Positions 48,658 to 57,037 of a DNA stretch of 64,000 bases are shown here, piece by piece. The notes under the pieces are model-generated. The model searched no databases. It was not told the DNA's origin and saw nothing but the letters and a program-made list of their open reading frames with translations. The DNA is from Candidatus Lustribacter sp. (GTDB taxonomy: Bacteria; Vulcanimicrobiota; Vulcanimicrobiia; Vulcanimicrobiales; Vulcanimicrobiaceae), in NCBI GenBank assembly GCA_965277805.1, contig OZ255842.1, positions 96,001 through 160,000 on the forward strand. Reading direction: 5' to 3'. Each line of letters begins with the position of its first letter. Position 1 is the first letter of the stretch. The translations under genes and the position numbers were made by a program.

Positions 48658-50370
48658 ATGGAACCGCGGGGGCGCGGCGAAACGCCTGCTACAATGGCGA
48701 TTCGGCTCCTCGACCCGGCGACGATCGGGCAGATCGCGGCGGGCGAAGTGATCGAACGGCCCGCGTCCGTAGTCAAAGAGCTGGTGGAAAACGCGCTCGA
48801 CGCGGGCGCTCGCCGGATCGCGGTGCGCGTGCGCGGCGGCGGCCTCGAAGAGGTCGAAGTGGCCGATGACGGCGCCGGCATTCCGGCGGAAGAAGTCGCG
48901 ACGGCCCTCTTGCGGCATGCGACCAGCAAGCTTCCCGACGCGGGCGGCCTCACCACGGTCGCAACCCTGGGTTTTCGGGGCGAGGGCTTGGCCTCGATCG
49001 CGGCGGTCGCGCGAACCACCATCGGCTCGCGTACGGCCGGTGCCGAGATTGCGACCGCGGTCGATGCTTTCGGCGAGGAGATCGGTGCGCCGTATCCGCT
49101 GGCGGGGCCGCCCGGGACGCGCGTGGTCGTGCGCGACCTCTTTGCCAACGTGCCGGCCCGGCGCGAGTATTTGCGTACGCCGGGCGCGGAATTCACCCGC
49201 ATCGCGCAGTGGCTCGCGACGATGGCCCTGGCCTATCCCGACGTGGGCTTCACGCTCGAACACGACGGCCGCCGCATCTTCGCATTTGCGCCCGACGGCG
49301 ATCCGGCCCCGCGCCTGCGCCATACGTTCGGAACGGCGTCGGCCGGGATGCTGCGCGTGCGCGGCGGGAGTGACCGGATTTCGGTCGACGGCTGGATCAG
49401 CGCGCCGGGCGACGACCGGCCCGACCGGCGCGCGCAGATCCTGTTCGTCAACGGACGTTTATTGCGCTCGACGTTGCTGTCCGGTGCGTGGAGCGGCGCG
49501 TACCGCACGTTCGCGATGACCGGACGCTATCCGTACGGCGTGCTGTTCGTCGACGTGGCGCCCGATGAGGTCGACCCGAACGTGCACCCAACGAAGAGCG
49601 ACGTGCGCTTGCGTTTCGGCGAACGCGTCAACGCGGTCGTGCGCGAAGCGATGGGCACGGCGCTGCGCAGCGCGGCCACCGCCCGCCTCGAACGCGCGAT
49701 TTCGTATGCGCCGCTTGAGAAGGTGCCTGCGTTGAGTGCGCCGGTGCTGACGGCCGTGCCCGAGTGGAGCGGTTCGCTCGTGACCGCCGCCGAATCGGCG
49801 CCGGGCCTGCGCGTGCTGGCGCAAGTGGATCGAACGTTCATTCTCGCGACCGACGGCGAAGCGGTCGTGCTGATCGACCAGCACGCCGCGCACGAACGCG
49901 TGGTGTACGAAGAGCTGATGACCAACGTCGAACACGCCGCACCCGGCGAACCGCTGCTCGTTCCGTATACGTTTGAAGTGCGGCCCGATCAGCAGCGCGC
50001 GCTGGAATCGAGCCGCGAGGCGCTGGTGGCGAGCGGTCTCGTGGTCGAGCCGTTCGGCGAACGCGCGTACCGGATCGTGGCGACGCCCGCGCATACGACG
50101 CACGCCGGACGCACGCGCGCGTTCGACGTTGCGGATTTTCTCGAGTGCCTCGACGACGACGGTCCGGCGCTCGATGCGCGGCATGCGGTGTGGGCATCGC
50201 TCGCGTGCCACTCGGTGGCGCGCGCCGGCGATCCGCTCGGACATGCGGAGATGGTGACGCTGCTCGAACGGCTGCAACGCTGTGCGAATCCAATGCACTG
50301 TCCGCACGGGCGGCCGACGATCGTGCGCCTCGAACCGGAAGCGATCGCGCGACTCTTCAAGCGCATCTGA
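48658..50370 (+). CDS. mutL: DNA mismatch repair endonuclease MutL
   Basis: QIAAGEVIERPASVVKELVENALDAG, TLGFRGEGL, DPNVHPTK, DQHAAHERVVYE, ACH, CPHGRP; start 48658 or 48694. Confidence 0.97.
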   Translation: MEPRGRGETPATMAIRLLDPATIGQIAAGEVIERPASVVKELVENALDAGARRIAVRVRGGGLEEVEVADDGAGIPAEEVATALLRHATSKLPDAGGLTTVATLGFRGEGLASIAAVARTTIGSRTAGAEIATAVDAFGEEIGAPYPLAGPPGTRVVVRDLFANVPARREYLRTPGAEFTRIAQWLATMALAYPDVGFTLEHDGRRIFAFAPDGDPAPRLRHTFGTASAGMLRVRGGSDRISVDGWISAPGDDRPDRRAQILFVNGRLLRSTLLSGAWSGAYRTFAMTGRYPYGVLFVDVAPDEVDPNVHPTKSDVRLRFGERVNAVVREAMGTALRSAATARLERAISYAPLEKVPALSAPVLTAVPEWSGSLVTAAESAPGLRVLAQVDRTFILATDGEAVVLIDQHAAHERVVYEELMTNVEHAAPGEPLLVPYTFEVRPDQQRALESSREALVASGLVVEPFGERAYRIVATPAHTTHAGRTRAFDVADFLECLDDDGPALDARHAVWASLACHSVARAGDPLGHAEMVTLLERLQRCANPMHCPHGRPTIVRLEPEAIARLFKRI

Positions 50371-51269
50371 TGGCGGCGCGCGACGAGGGCGTCTTGATGC
50401 TGGCCGGTCCGACGGCGAGCGGCAAGACCGAACTCGCGATCGCCCTCGCCGAACGTTTCGACGCGGAGATCGTGGGCGCCGATTCACGGCAGATCTATCG
50501 CGGCATGCCGATCGGCACGGCCGCGCCGACGGACGAACAGCGCGCGCGTGTGCCGCACCATCTAGTCGCGTTCCTCGATCCGCACGAACGCTATTCGGCC
50601 GCGCGCTACGTCGTCGACGCGCGCGCGGCGATCGACGCGATCCGCGCGCGCGGGCGCCGCGTCATCGTCGCGGGCGGTACCGGATTTTACCTGCGCGCGC
50701 TCGCCGGCGACGTCGCGCTCGATGCGGCCCACGATCCGGGCGTACGCACGCGGCTCGCCGCGGAAGCGCGCATCCACCCGCCCGAATTTCTCGCCGAATG
50801 GCTGGCCGTTCTCGCGCCCGAGCGCGCCGCAGCGATCGCCCCCAACGATCCCTACCGCATCACGCGCGCCCTGGAAGTGGCCATATCGAAGGGCGAAGTT
50901 CGGCGCGAGCCGCTTCCCACGCTGCGCGCCGGGACGATCCCCGTTGCAAAGCTCGTGCTGGACGTCGAACCCGGTGTGCTGCTGGAGCGCATCGAGCGCC
51001 GCGTCGACGGGATGCTCGCCGCGGGCTTCCTCGAAGAAGCCGAACGCGTGGGCGGTGACGCCGTCGCGGCCGATGCGGTCGGCTATCGTGAAGCGCTTGG
51101 TTTCCTGGCCGGTTTCTCGACGGCGGCGGAACTGCGGACGCAACTGATCCGGTTTACGCGGCGTTACGCTAAACGCCAGGCGACGTGGTTTCGTTCGGAG
51201 CCCGGCATCGTGCGTGTCTCGGCGGCGCAGTGTGAGGCGGCGGCAAGAGAACGCTTGGGCTGGGCGTAA
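50370..51269 (+). CDS. miaA: tRNA dimethylallyltransferase
   Basis: GPTASGKT, DSRQIYRGM.IGTA, VPHHL, GGTGFY, TRRYAKRQ.TWF. Confidence 0.97.
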   Translation: MAARDEGVLMLAGPTASGKTELAIALAERFDAEIVGADSRQIYRGMPIGTAAPTDEQRARVPHHLVAFLDPHERYSAARYVVDARAAIDAIRARGRRVIVAGGTGFYLRALAGDVALDAAHDPGVRTRLAAEARIHPPEFLAEWLAVLAPERAAAIAPNDPYRITRALEVAISKGEVRREPLPTLRAGTIPVAKLVLDVEPGVLLERIERRVDGMLAAGFLEEAERVGGDAVAADAVGYREALGFLAGFSTAAELRTQLIRFTRRYAKRQATWFRSEPGIVRVSAAQCEAAARERLGWA

Positions 51270-51278
51270 CAGCCGGAG

Positions 51279-51530
51279 ATGAACATGCGGCAACCGCCGA
51301 TCCAAGACGTCTACCTCGCCGAAGTAAAACGCCAAGGCGTGCCGGTCGTCGTCTATCTCGTCAACGGCTTTCAGTTGCGCGGCGTCGTGAAGGGCTTCGA
51401 TCCGTTCACGATCGTGCTGGAGTTCGAGCACAAGTCGCATCTGATTTACAAACACGCCGTCTCGACGATCTCGCCGCAAGGCCCGCTGGTCGCGCCGCTC
51501 GTTCCCGAGGAGGCCGTCGCACAGTCATGA
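51279..51530 (+). CDS. hfq: RNA chaperone Hfq
   Basis: QDVYL, VYLVNGFQLRG...FD.F, LIYKHAVSTI; follows miaA. Confidence 0.95.
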   Translation: MNMRQPPIQDVYLAEVKRQGVPVVVYLVNGFQLRGVVKGFDPFTIVLEFEHKSHLIYKHAVSTISPQGPLVAPLVPEEAVAQS

Positions 51531-52303
51531 CCGCCACGGTTCCGTTCGTGAAGATGAACGGAACGCACAACGAGTTCGTCGTCGTCGACGGCCGGGAGAC
51601 CCCGGTCGACGATCCCGTCGCGCTCGGCGTGCTGATGTGCGATCCGCAGCTCGGTCCGGGCGCCGACGGCATGCTGCTGGTGCTCGACTCCGCGAGCGCC
51701 GACGTGCGGATGCGCGTCATCAACGCCGACGGCAGCGAAGCCGAGATGTGCGGCAACGGCATCCGCTGCCTGGCGCGCTACCTCGACGAGCACGACGGCC
51801 GCGCCGAAGCGATCGTCGAAACGTTATCGGGCCCGATCGCGACGCGCGTGCTTTCACGCGAGCCCTACACCGTCTCGGAAGTGATGGCCGTGCCGTTGAT
51901 CGGCTCCACCATCGAGGTTGCCGGGTTCACGGGCGTGCCGGTCGATGTGGGCAATCCGCACGTCGTGTTTGTCGTCGCCGATCTCGCGCAGATCGATTTG
52001 CCGGTGCTCGGTCCGCTCATCAGCGAAGACACCGAGCTTTTCCCCGACGGCGTCAACGTGCACTTCGTCCAGATCGCCGGCGACCGGCTGCGCGTGCTGC
52101 ACTGGGAGCGCGGCGCTGGGCCAACTGCCGCGTGCGGCACCGGTGCCGTCGCGTGCGCCGCGGTGGCGATGACGGGCTACGGCTTTACCTCGCCGGTCAC
52201 GCTCGACGTGCCGGGCGGCGTGTTGCGCGTCGAGTGGACGCCGGGCGAGCGCGCGACCCTGATCGGCGACGCCGTCGTCGAGTTTTCGTCCACCTTCGGC
52301 TGA
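51527..52303 (+). CDS. dapF: Diaminopimelate epimerase
   Basis: FVKMNGTHNEF, NADGSEAEMCGNGIRC, GNPH, ERGAGPTAACGTG. Confidence 0.95.
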   Translation: MTATVPFVKMNGTHNEFVVVDGRETPVDDPVALGVLMCDPQLGPGADGMLLVLDSASADVRMRVINADGSEAEMCGNGIRCLARYLDEHDGRAEAIVETLSGPIATRVLSREPYTVSEVMAVPLIGSTIEVAGFTGVPVDVGNPHVVFVVADLAQIDLPVLGPLISEDTELFPDGVNVHFVQIAGDRLRVLHWERGAGPTAACGTGAVACAAVAMTGYGFTSPVTLDVPGGVLRVEWTPGERATLIGDAVVEFSSTFG

Positions 52304-53517
52304 TGCGCGCCGGGTTGGCCTATAGTGACGCGCGCGGACGCGTCTTTTTCGACGCCACGAAGAGCCCGCTCGCCGACGGCGGCAACGTGCGCGACGTGCA
52401 GCCGGCCGAGCTGATCCCGCTGCCCGACGGTGCGATCGTCTCGATGTTGCCCGGGCGCTCGCCGCTGCTCGGTGGGGGCAAGACCGTGCCGCGCCGCACG
52501 GCGCTCGGCGTGCTGCTGCCCGCCGGTTACACGCGCACGCTCTTGCCGGCGTTCGTTCGCAAACCCGATGCGCCGCAATTGCCCCTCTTCGGCTACACGT
52601 TCGCGTGCGTCGTCGACGATGAGTTGGCGGTGGCCGCGATGCGAACCGATGAAGGCGAGGATTGGCAGCCGCGCCGTTTTGCCGAAGGCGAGCTCGACAC
52701 GATCGTCCGGCAGCGCATCGCGATCGATCCGCGCAATCGTACGCTCGCGCAACTGAGCATCTGCGCGCGCGAGTACGGCTGCTTCACTGCACAAAACGTG
52801 TTTCTCGAGCGCGGCGAAGCCGCGATTCCTGTCGCGCCGAAGTGCAATGCGGCCTGCGTGGGCTGTATCTCCGAACTCGATGCCGATAGCGCGATCCCCG
52901 CGCCGCAGACGCGCATCGCCTTTGAACCGGACGTTGACGATCTGGTGCGCATCGGCGTGCATCACCTCGAGCGGGTCGAGGACGGCATCGTCTCGTTCGG
53001 CCAGGGCTGCGAGGGCGAACCGCTGCTGCGCTCGACTGCCATCGCCGCTGCGATCGAGCGCATCCGCGCGGACCGTACAAACGGCACGCTCAACCTCAAC
53101 ACCAACGGCTCGTTGACGAAGTCGCTGCAGCGCGTGATCGACGCCGGGCTCCAAGCGGTGCGCGTGAGCTTGAATTCGTTCCGTCCAGAGGTTTACGCGG
53201 CGTATTACCGGCCGACCGGCTATACGCTGGACAACGTGCTCGAGAGTGTGGCGCTCGCGGTCGATGCCGGTCTGCGCGTGTCGCTGAACCTGCTCACGCA
53301 TCCGGGCGTGACCGACGATCGCGCGGAGATCGAGGCGATGGAGGCGTTTCTGCACGCGCACCCGGTGTCGCTGGTCCAAACGCGCACGCTCAATATCGAT
53401 CCCGACGTCTACTTTGCCCGCGTCGGTCGCCCAACTGACCCCCTCGGCATGCGCGAAGCGCTAGCCCGCATCCGTGCCCTCGGCATCAGCCTAGGAAACT
53501 TCACCCACACGCATTAA
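52303..53517 (+). CDS. Radical SAM protein of unknown function
   Basis: CNAACVGC motif, SFGQGCEGEPL, NTNGS; ATG overlaps the dapF TGA. Confidence 0.88.
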   Translation: MRAGLAYSDARGRVFFDATKSPLADGGNVRDVQPAELIPLPDGAIVSMLPGRSPLLGGGKTVPRRTALGVLLPAGYTRTLLPAFVRKPDAPQLPLFGYTFACVVDDELAVAAMRTDEGEDWQPRRFAEGELDTIVRQRIAIDPRNRTLAQLSICAREYGCFTAQNVFLERGEAAIPVAPKCNAACVGCISELDADSAIPAPQTRIAFEPDVDDLVRIGVHHLERVEDGIVSFGQGCEGEPLLRSTAIAAAIERIRADRTNGTLNLNTNGSLTKSLQRVIDAGLQAVRVSLNSFRPEVYAAYYRPTGYTLDNVLESVALAVDAGLRVSLNLLTHPGVTDDRAEIEAMEAFLHAHPVSLVQTRTLNIDPDVYFARVGRPTDPLGMREALARIRALGISLGNFTHTH

Positions 53518-53526
53518 CGCGTCGGC

Positions 53527-53937
53527 ATGAGTACAAACTTGGTTCCGTACGTGTTCTTCTACGGGCGCTGTGCCGAAGCGCTTGCTTTCTACAAGACCGC
53601 GCTCGGCGGAAGCTACGACGTGATGACGGTCGGCGAATCGCCGATGAAAGATCACATGCCGCCCGAAGCGCACGGTTCGGTGATGCACGCAACCTTCACG
53701 GCGCCGGGGATCACGTTCATGGCCGCCGACGGCATGGGCCAAAAAACGATCGACCCGGACGCCGGCAACATCTCCCTATGCATCAACGTCACCGAAGATG
53801 CCGAGGGCGAACGCCTGTACAAAGCGCTCGCCGACGGCGGCAACCCAAAGATGCCGTTCAGCGACGCGCCCTGGGTCGGCAAATTCGGCATGCTCATCGA
53901 CCGCTTCGGCAACGAATGGATGGTCTCAAAAATGTAA
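53527..53937 (+). CDS. VOC / PhnB-like (glyoxalase superfamily) protein
   Basis: PYVFF.G.CAEAL.FY...LGG, VMHA, MP.....W...FGML.DRFG..WM. Confidence 0.9.
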   Translation: MSTNLVPYVFFYGRCAEALAFYKTALGGSYDVMTVGESPMKDHMPPEAHGSVMHATFTAPGITFMAADGMGQKTIDPDAGNISLCINVTEDAEGERLYKALADGGNPKMPFSDAPWVGKFGMLIDRFGNEWMVSKM

Positions 53938-53968
53938 CCTGCCCCGCGAGAAGTGTGCAGCATCCCGC

Positions 53969-54074
53969 CCTGTCATCCCGAGCGGAACGATCGTGGAGTT
54001 GCACTGCCAAACATTGAGGATTATCTCCGGTCCCTTGTCTTCGTGCCCTTCGGCACTCCGCTCGGGATGACAGG
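53969..54074. repeat. REP-like palindromic element, copy 2 (perfect 18-bp terminal inverted repeat)
   Basis: CCTGTCATCCCGAGCGGA (53969-53986) and TCCGCTCGGGATGACAGG (54057-54074), between convergent genes. Confidence 0.8.
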
Positions 54075-54085
54075 CGGCGCGTTCG

Positions 54086-55000
54086 TTAGATGTAGGCGTA
54101 GGGGGTGCGTTGGGGGGCGGGTGTTTGGGCGACGGGGGTGGTGCCGCCGGTGATGAGGTCGCCGGCGAGGGTGACGTTTTGGCCGGTGGCGGTGACGTCG
54201 ACGCCCCCGCCGTTGTTGTTGGTGAACGTGGTGGTGAGGTTTTCGCCGAAACGCGATTCGGTGACGCTCACTGAGCCGTTCGCGCCTTCGGAGACTTGCT
54301 GGCCGCCGGAGAGCCTGATCGACTGACCCGGGGTGAGCCCGACGGACTGCCCGTGATCGGTCACCGAGATCGCGCCGGTGTTCGTCATCGAGACGATCTC
54401 GCGGCCGCCGTCCATCGTTGCCGTAGCGCTCGCGTTCTGCGTGATGCCGTTGGCTGACGGTGTGGTGACGGCGGTTGAGACGTGGAAGCCGTCGCCGAAA
54501 TCGCGCGTGGAGAAGAGATCCTGGTGGCCCGTCATGCTGTCGAACTTCGAGTTCACGTTCGACGTGCTGCCGTCGGCGTTTTGCTCGGTGCCGCTGACGC
54601 TCAGATGCGGATCGCCCGTCGATGCGAGCGATACGTTTTGGAACGCTGCGGTATTTCCGGTCGCGTTTGCGGTGGTGTTCGCAGCCGTGGTGCTCGACGT
54701 TCCGCTCAGCGCGTTGCTGAGCTTCGCGATCGACTGCTGCACTTGGTTTGCAAGCTGCGCCAGGATGCCGCCGATTCCGCTGCTAGCGAGCGGGTTCGGT
54801 GAACCGCCGGGAAGCGTATCGTTCGCTCCGCCGAACCACGCCGGCCGGAATCCGTCGGTACTCGACGTACCGTAGCCGGAATAGCCCGGACTGCCCGCCG
54901 GAAACGGACCCGAGACGCCGGCGTTGAGCGCCGCCCACGGCGCTGCGCTGCCGTTTAACCCGTCGTTGGGGATGAACCCGTTACCGTTGATCCATGACAT
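54086..55000 (-). CDS. Gly/Thr/Ser/Asn-rich hypothetical protein with a GDPH motif
   Basis: MSWINGNGFIPNDG...LASTGDPHLSVSG...; beta-rich C-terminal half; no Sec signal. Confidence 0.75.
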   Translation of the reverse strand: MSWINGNGFIPNDGLNGSAAPWAALNAGVSGPFPAGSPGYSGYGTSSTDGFRPAWFGGANDTLPGGSPNPLASSGIGGILAQLANQVQQSIAKLSNALSGTSSTTAANTTANATGNTAAFQNVSLASTGDPHLSVSGTEQNADGSTSNVNSKFDSMTGHQDLFSTRDFGDGFHVSTAVTTPSANGITQNASATATMDGGREIVSMTNTGAISVTDHGQSVGLTPGQSIRLSGGQQVSEGANGSVSVTESRFGENLTTTFTNNNGGGVDVTATGQNVTLAGDLITGGTTPVAQTPAPQRTPYAYI

Positions 55001-55072
55001 TGCCGCTCGACCTCGCTCGTGGACGGAGAACTGTGTGCACTCCATTCACGCGCAGGGCTATAACGGCAAGGG

Positions 55073-55750
55073 TTAAGGAGCTTTTCCGACCAGGGCGGAG
55101 CAGACGTCGGCGCGGGCGGTGTGCTTGATCATCGCGATCACCGCGTCGCCCGGCGTGAAAACGGTCTCCCCGTTGGGGATCACGACCTCGCCTGCGCCGC
55201 GGTCGACGGCCACGATCACGCTGCCGGTCGGCAGCGAGAGATCGGCGATGCGGTGTCCGCTAGCCGGGGAGTCGGCCGAGATCGAGAGCTGCACGAGCTC
55301 AAGATCGCCCTTGCCCAGACGTGCGAGCGTTTCGAGCGTGGTCGCGTTGACGCGGTCGTCGATGATATCGAGGATGATCTCGGTCGAGGAGATCACCGTC
55401 ACCGGCTGTTCGCTGTCGAGCGATTCGAAGATCAGCTTGTTTTTCGGGTTGTTCACACGCGCGATGCAGCGCGCTTTCGAGTGCTTCTTCGAGATCAGCA
55501 CGACCACGAGGTTGTCTTCGTCGTCCCCGGTATCGGCCACGACCACATCGGCGCGCGCGACGCCGGCCTGCAGCAAGACATTCGGATCGCAGCCGTCACC
55601 GACCACGGCGATGTCCGATTCGAGCAAGTTGGTCATCATCTGCGCCTTACGCGCGTCTTTTTCGATGACCACGACTTCATGCTGTTGTTTGAGCAAGCCG
55701 CGGGCGAGATACGTACCGACTTTGCCGCCACCGACGATTAAGATGAACAT
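55073..55750 (-). CDS. trkA: TrkA/KtrA-family RCK protein
   Basis: ILIVGGGKVG, GDG.D...L.QAG...AD, TGDDEDN, RCK_C domain (IPNGETV). Confidence 0.9.
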   Translation of the reverse strand: MFILIVGGGKVGTYLARGLLKQQHEVVVIEKDARKAQMMTNLLESDIAVVGDGCDPNVLLQAGVARADVVVADTGDDEDNLVVVLISKKHSKARCIARVNNPKNKLIFESLDSEQPVTVISSTEIILDIIDDRVNATTLETLARLGKGDLELVQLSISADSPASGHRIADLSLPTGSVIVAVDRGAGEVVIPNGETVFTPGDAVIAMIKHTARADVCSALVGKAP

Positions 55751-55753
55751 GGT

Positions 55754-56425
55754 CTACGCGGACAAGCGCGCTGCGGGTCTCGCTTTGCTGAACGTCGCGG
55801 CAAATGCCGCGAGGGCGTCAGGCGCGACGATCGCACTGATCTCGTCGCCCTCCTTGAGAATGTCACTGGGTGCGGCGACGCGGACGCTGCCGAGCTGGCG
55901 GATCGCGGCGATGCGAATCTTTCCGTCTTGCTCGACGTCGGCCACGCGTTTGCCGTTCTGCGCCGGGCTGACCGTGGCGACGAGCGAGGTCAAGTTGCCG
56001 AAGTCGAACGACGGCATCGAGGTGTACGGCGAGTCGAGCAGCAGGTCGCGGATGATCTGCGCGCCGAGCGTGGTCGGCGAGAACGTCTCGATTCCGAGAT
56101 CGCGGTAGAGCTGGCCGCGCGGCGGATCGTAGATGCGCGCGACGATCTTCGGTATGCGGAACATCCGCTGCGCGATCAGCGCGGCCATGACGTTGCGGTT
56201 GTCGCCGTCGGTCACGGCCACGAAGCCGTCGGCCCGTTCGGCGCCGGCGCGCTTGAGCACGTCGTAGTCGATTCCGGTCCCAACCTCGACGCCGCCGCCG
56301 AAGCGCGCGCCCAAACGTTTAAATGCCGCCGGATTCTCATCCACGACGACGACGTCGTGCTCGGTGACCAGCAGCTTGGCGAGGGTGGAGCCGACACGCC
56401 CGCATCCCACGATTAAGTATCGCAT
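55754..56425 (-). CDS. trkA: TrkA/KtrA-family RCK protein (second paralogue)
   Basis: LIVGCGRVGS, G.G.D...L.RAG...AD.FVAVT.GDNRN, VARIYDP.R. Confidence 0.9.
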   Translation of the reverse strand: MRYLIVGCGRVGSTLAKLLVTEHDVVVVDENPAAFKRLGARFGGGVEVGTGIDYDVLKRAGAERADGFVAVTDGDNRNVMAALIAQRMFRIPKIVARIYDPPRGQLYRDLGIETFSPTTLGAQIIRDLLLDSPYTSMPSFDFGNLTSLVATVSPAQNGKRVADVEQDGKIRIAAIRQLGSVRVAAPSDILKEGDEISAIVAPDALAAFAATFSKARPAARLSA

Positions 56426-56529
56426 AATGAACCGTCCGGGGGATTAGACGGCGCGCCCACAGTTCCCGCGGCAGGAGCGAAGGGCCGAGTTGGGAATCCA
56501 CAAGCCTTTGCCCCGACCCAACAAATCGA

Positions 56530-56606
56530 CGGGATGTAGCTCAGCTTGGTAGAGCGCTGCGTTCGGGACGCAGAGGCCACAGGTTCAAATCCTGCCATCC
56601 CGACCA
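56530..56606 (+). tRNA. tRNA-Pro (anticodon CGG)
   Basis: Acceptor stem CGGGATG/CATCCCG, D arm GCTC/GAGC, anticodon arm CTGCG-TTCGGGA-CGCAG, TTCAAAT T-loop, encoded ACCA; 77 nt. Confidence 0.97.
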
Positions 56607-56631
56607 CTCTCCCTTTGCAAGCGTTCGCCGA

Positions 56632-57027
56632 TTGTTTTCCCAATTTAGCCCGGCGGCGCGACGCGTCTTACGGGCAGCCGAACAAGAGTGCCGCAACCAC
56701 GATCATTATTACGTGGGCGTGGAACACATGCTCTTCGCGCTCCTCGACGAGCACGATCCGGCGATTGAAGAAGCGCTCCGGGCGGCCAACGCATCGCTCG
56801 CCGGTATCCATGCCGAGGTTAAGCGGGCGCTTGGTACGGGTGAAGGCCGTATCTGGGAGGGTATCTTGCTGACCCCGCGCGTCCGGAAGATCATCGCGCT
56901 GGCCGGCGAGCAGGCCGGCGACCGGGAGATTGAGCCCATCGATCTGTTCGAAGCGATTCGCAACGAAGGCGGCGGCACGGCGGCTGCCATCCTACAGTCG
57001 CGCAACTCGCCGGCAGCGGACCGGTAA
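56632..57027 (+). CDS. Stand-alone Clp N-terminal repeat domain protein
   Basis: MFSQFSPAARRVL..AEQE.R...HYYVGVEHMLFALL and second repeat TPRVRKII.LA...A....I...DL; no AAA+ domain. Confidence 0.85.
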   Translation: MFSQFSPAARRVLRAAEQECRNHDHYYVGVEHMLFALLDEHDPAIEEALRAANASLAGIHAEVKRALGTGEGRIWEGILLTPRVRKIIALAGEQAGDREIEPIDLFEAIRNEGGGTAAAILQSRNSPAADR

Positions 57028-57037
57028 AGCGGAGCCG

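Noticed and set aside
48586-49323. N-terminal extension of the 621-aa minus-strand ORF
   Set aside because: Mostly antisense to the conserved MutL ATPase domain; treated as a shadow extension.
56530-56606. tRNA-Pro as an integration site
   Set aside because: No duplicated tRNA 3' end and no integrase found; the flanking genes look like ordinary chromosomal genes.
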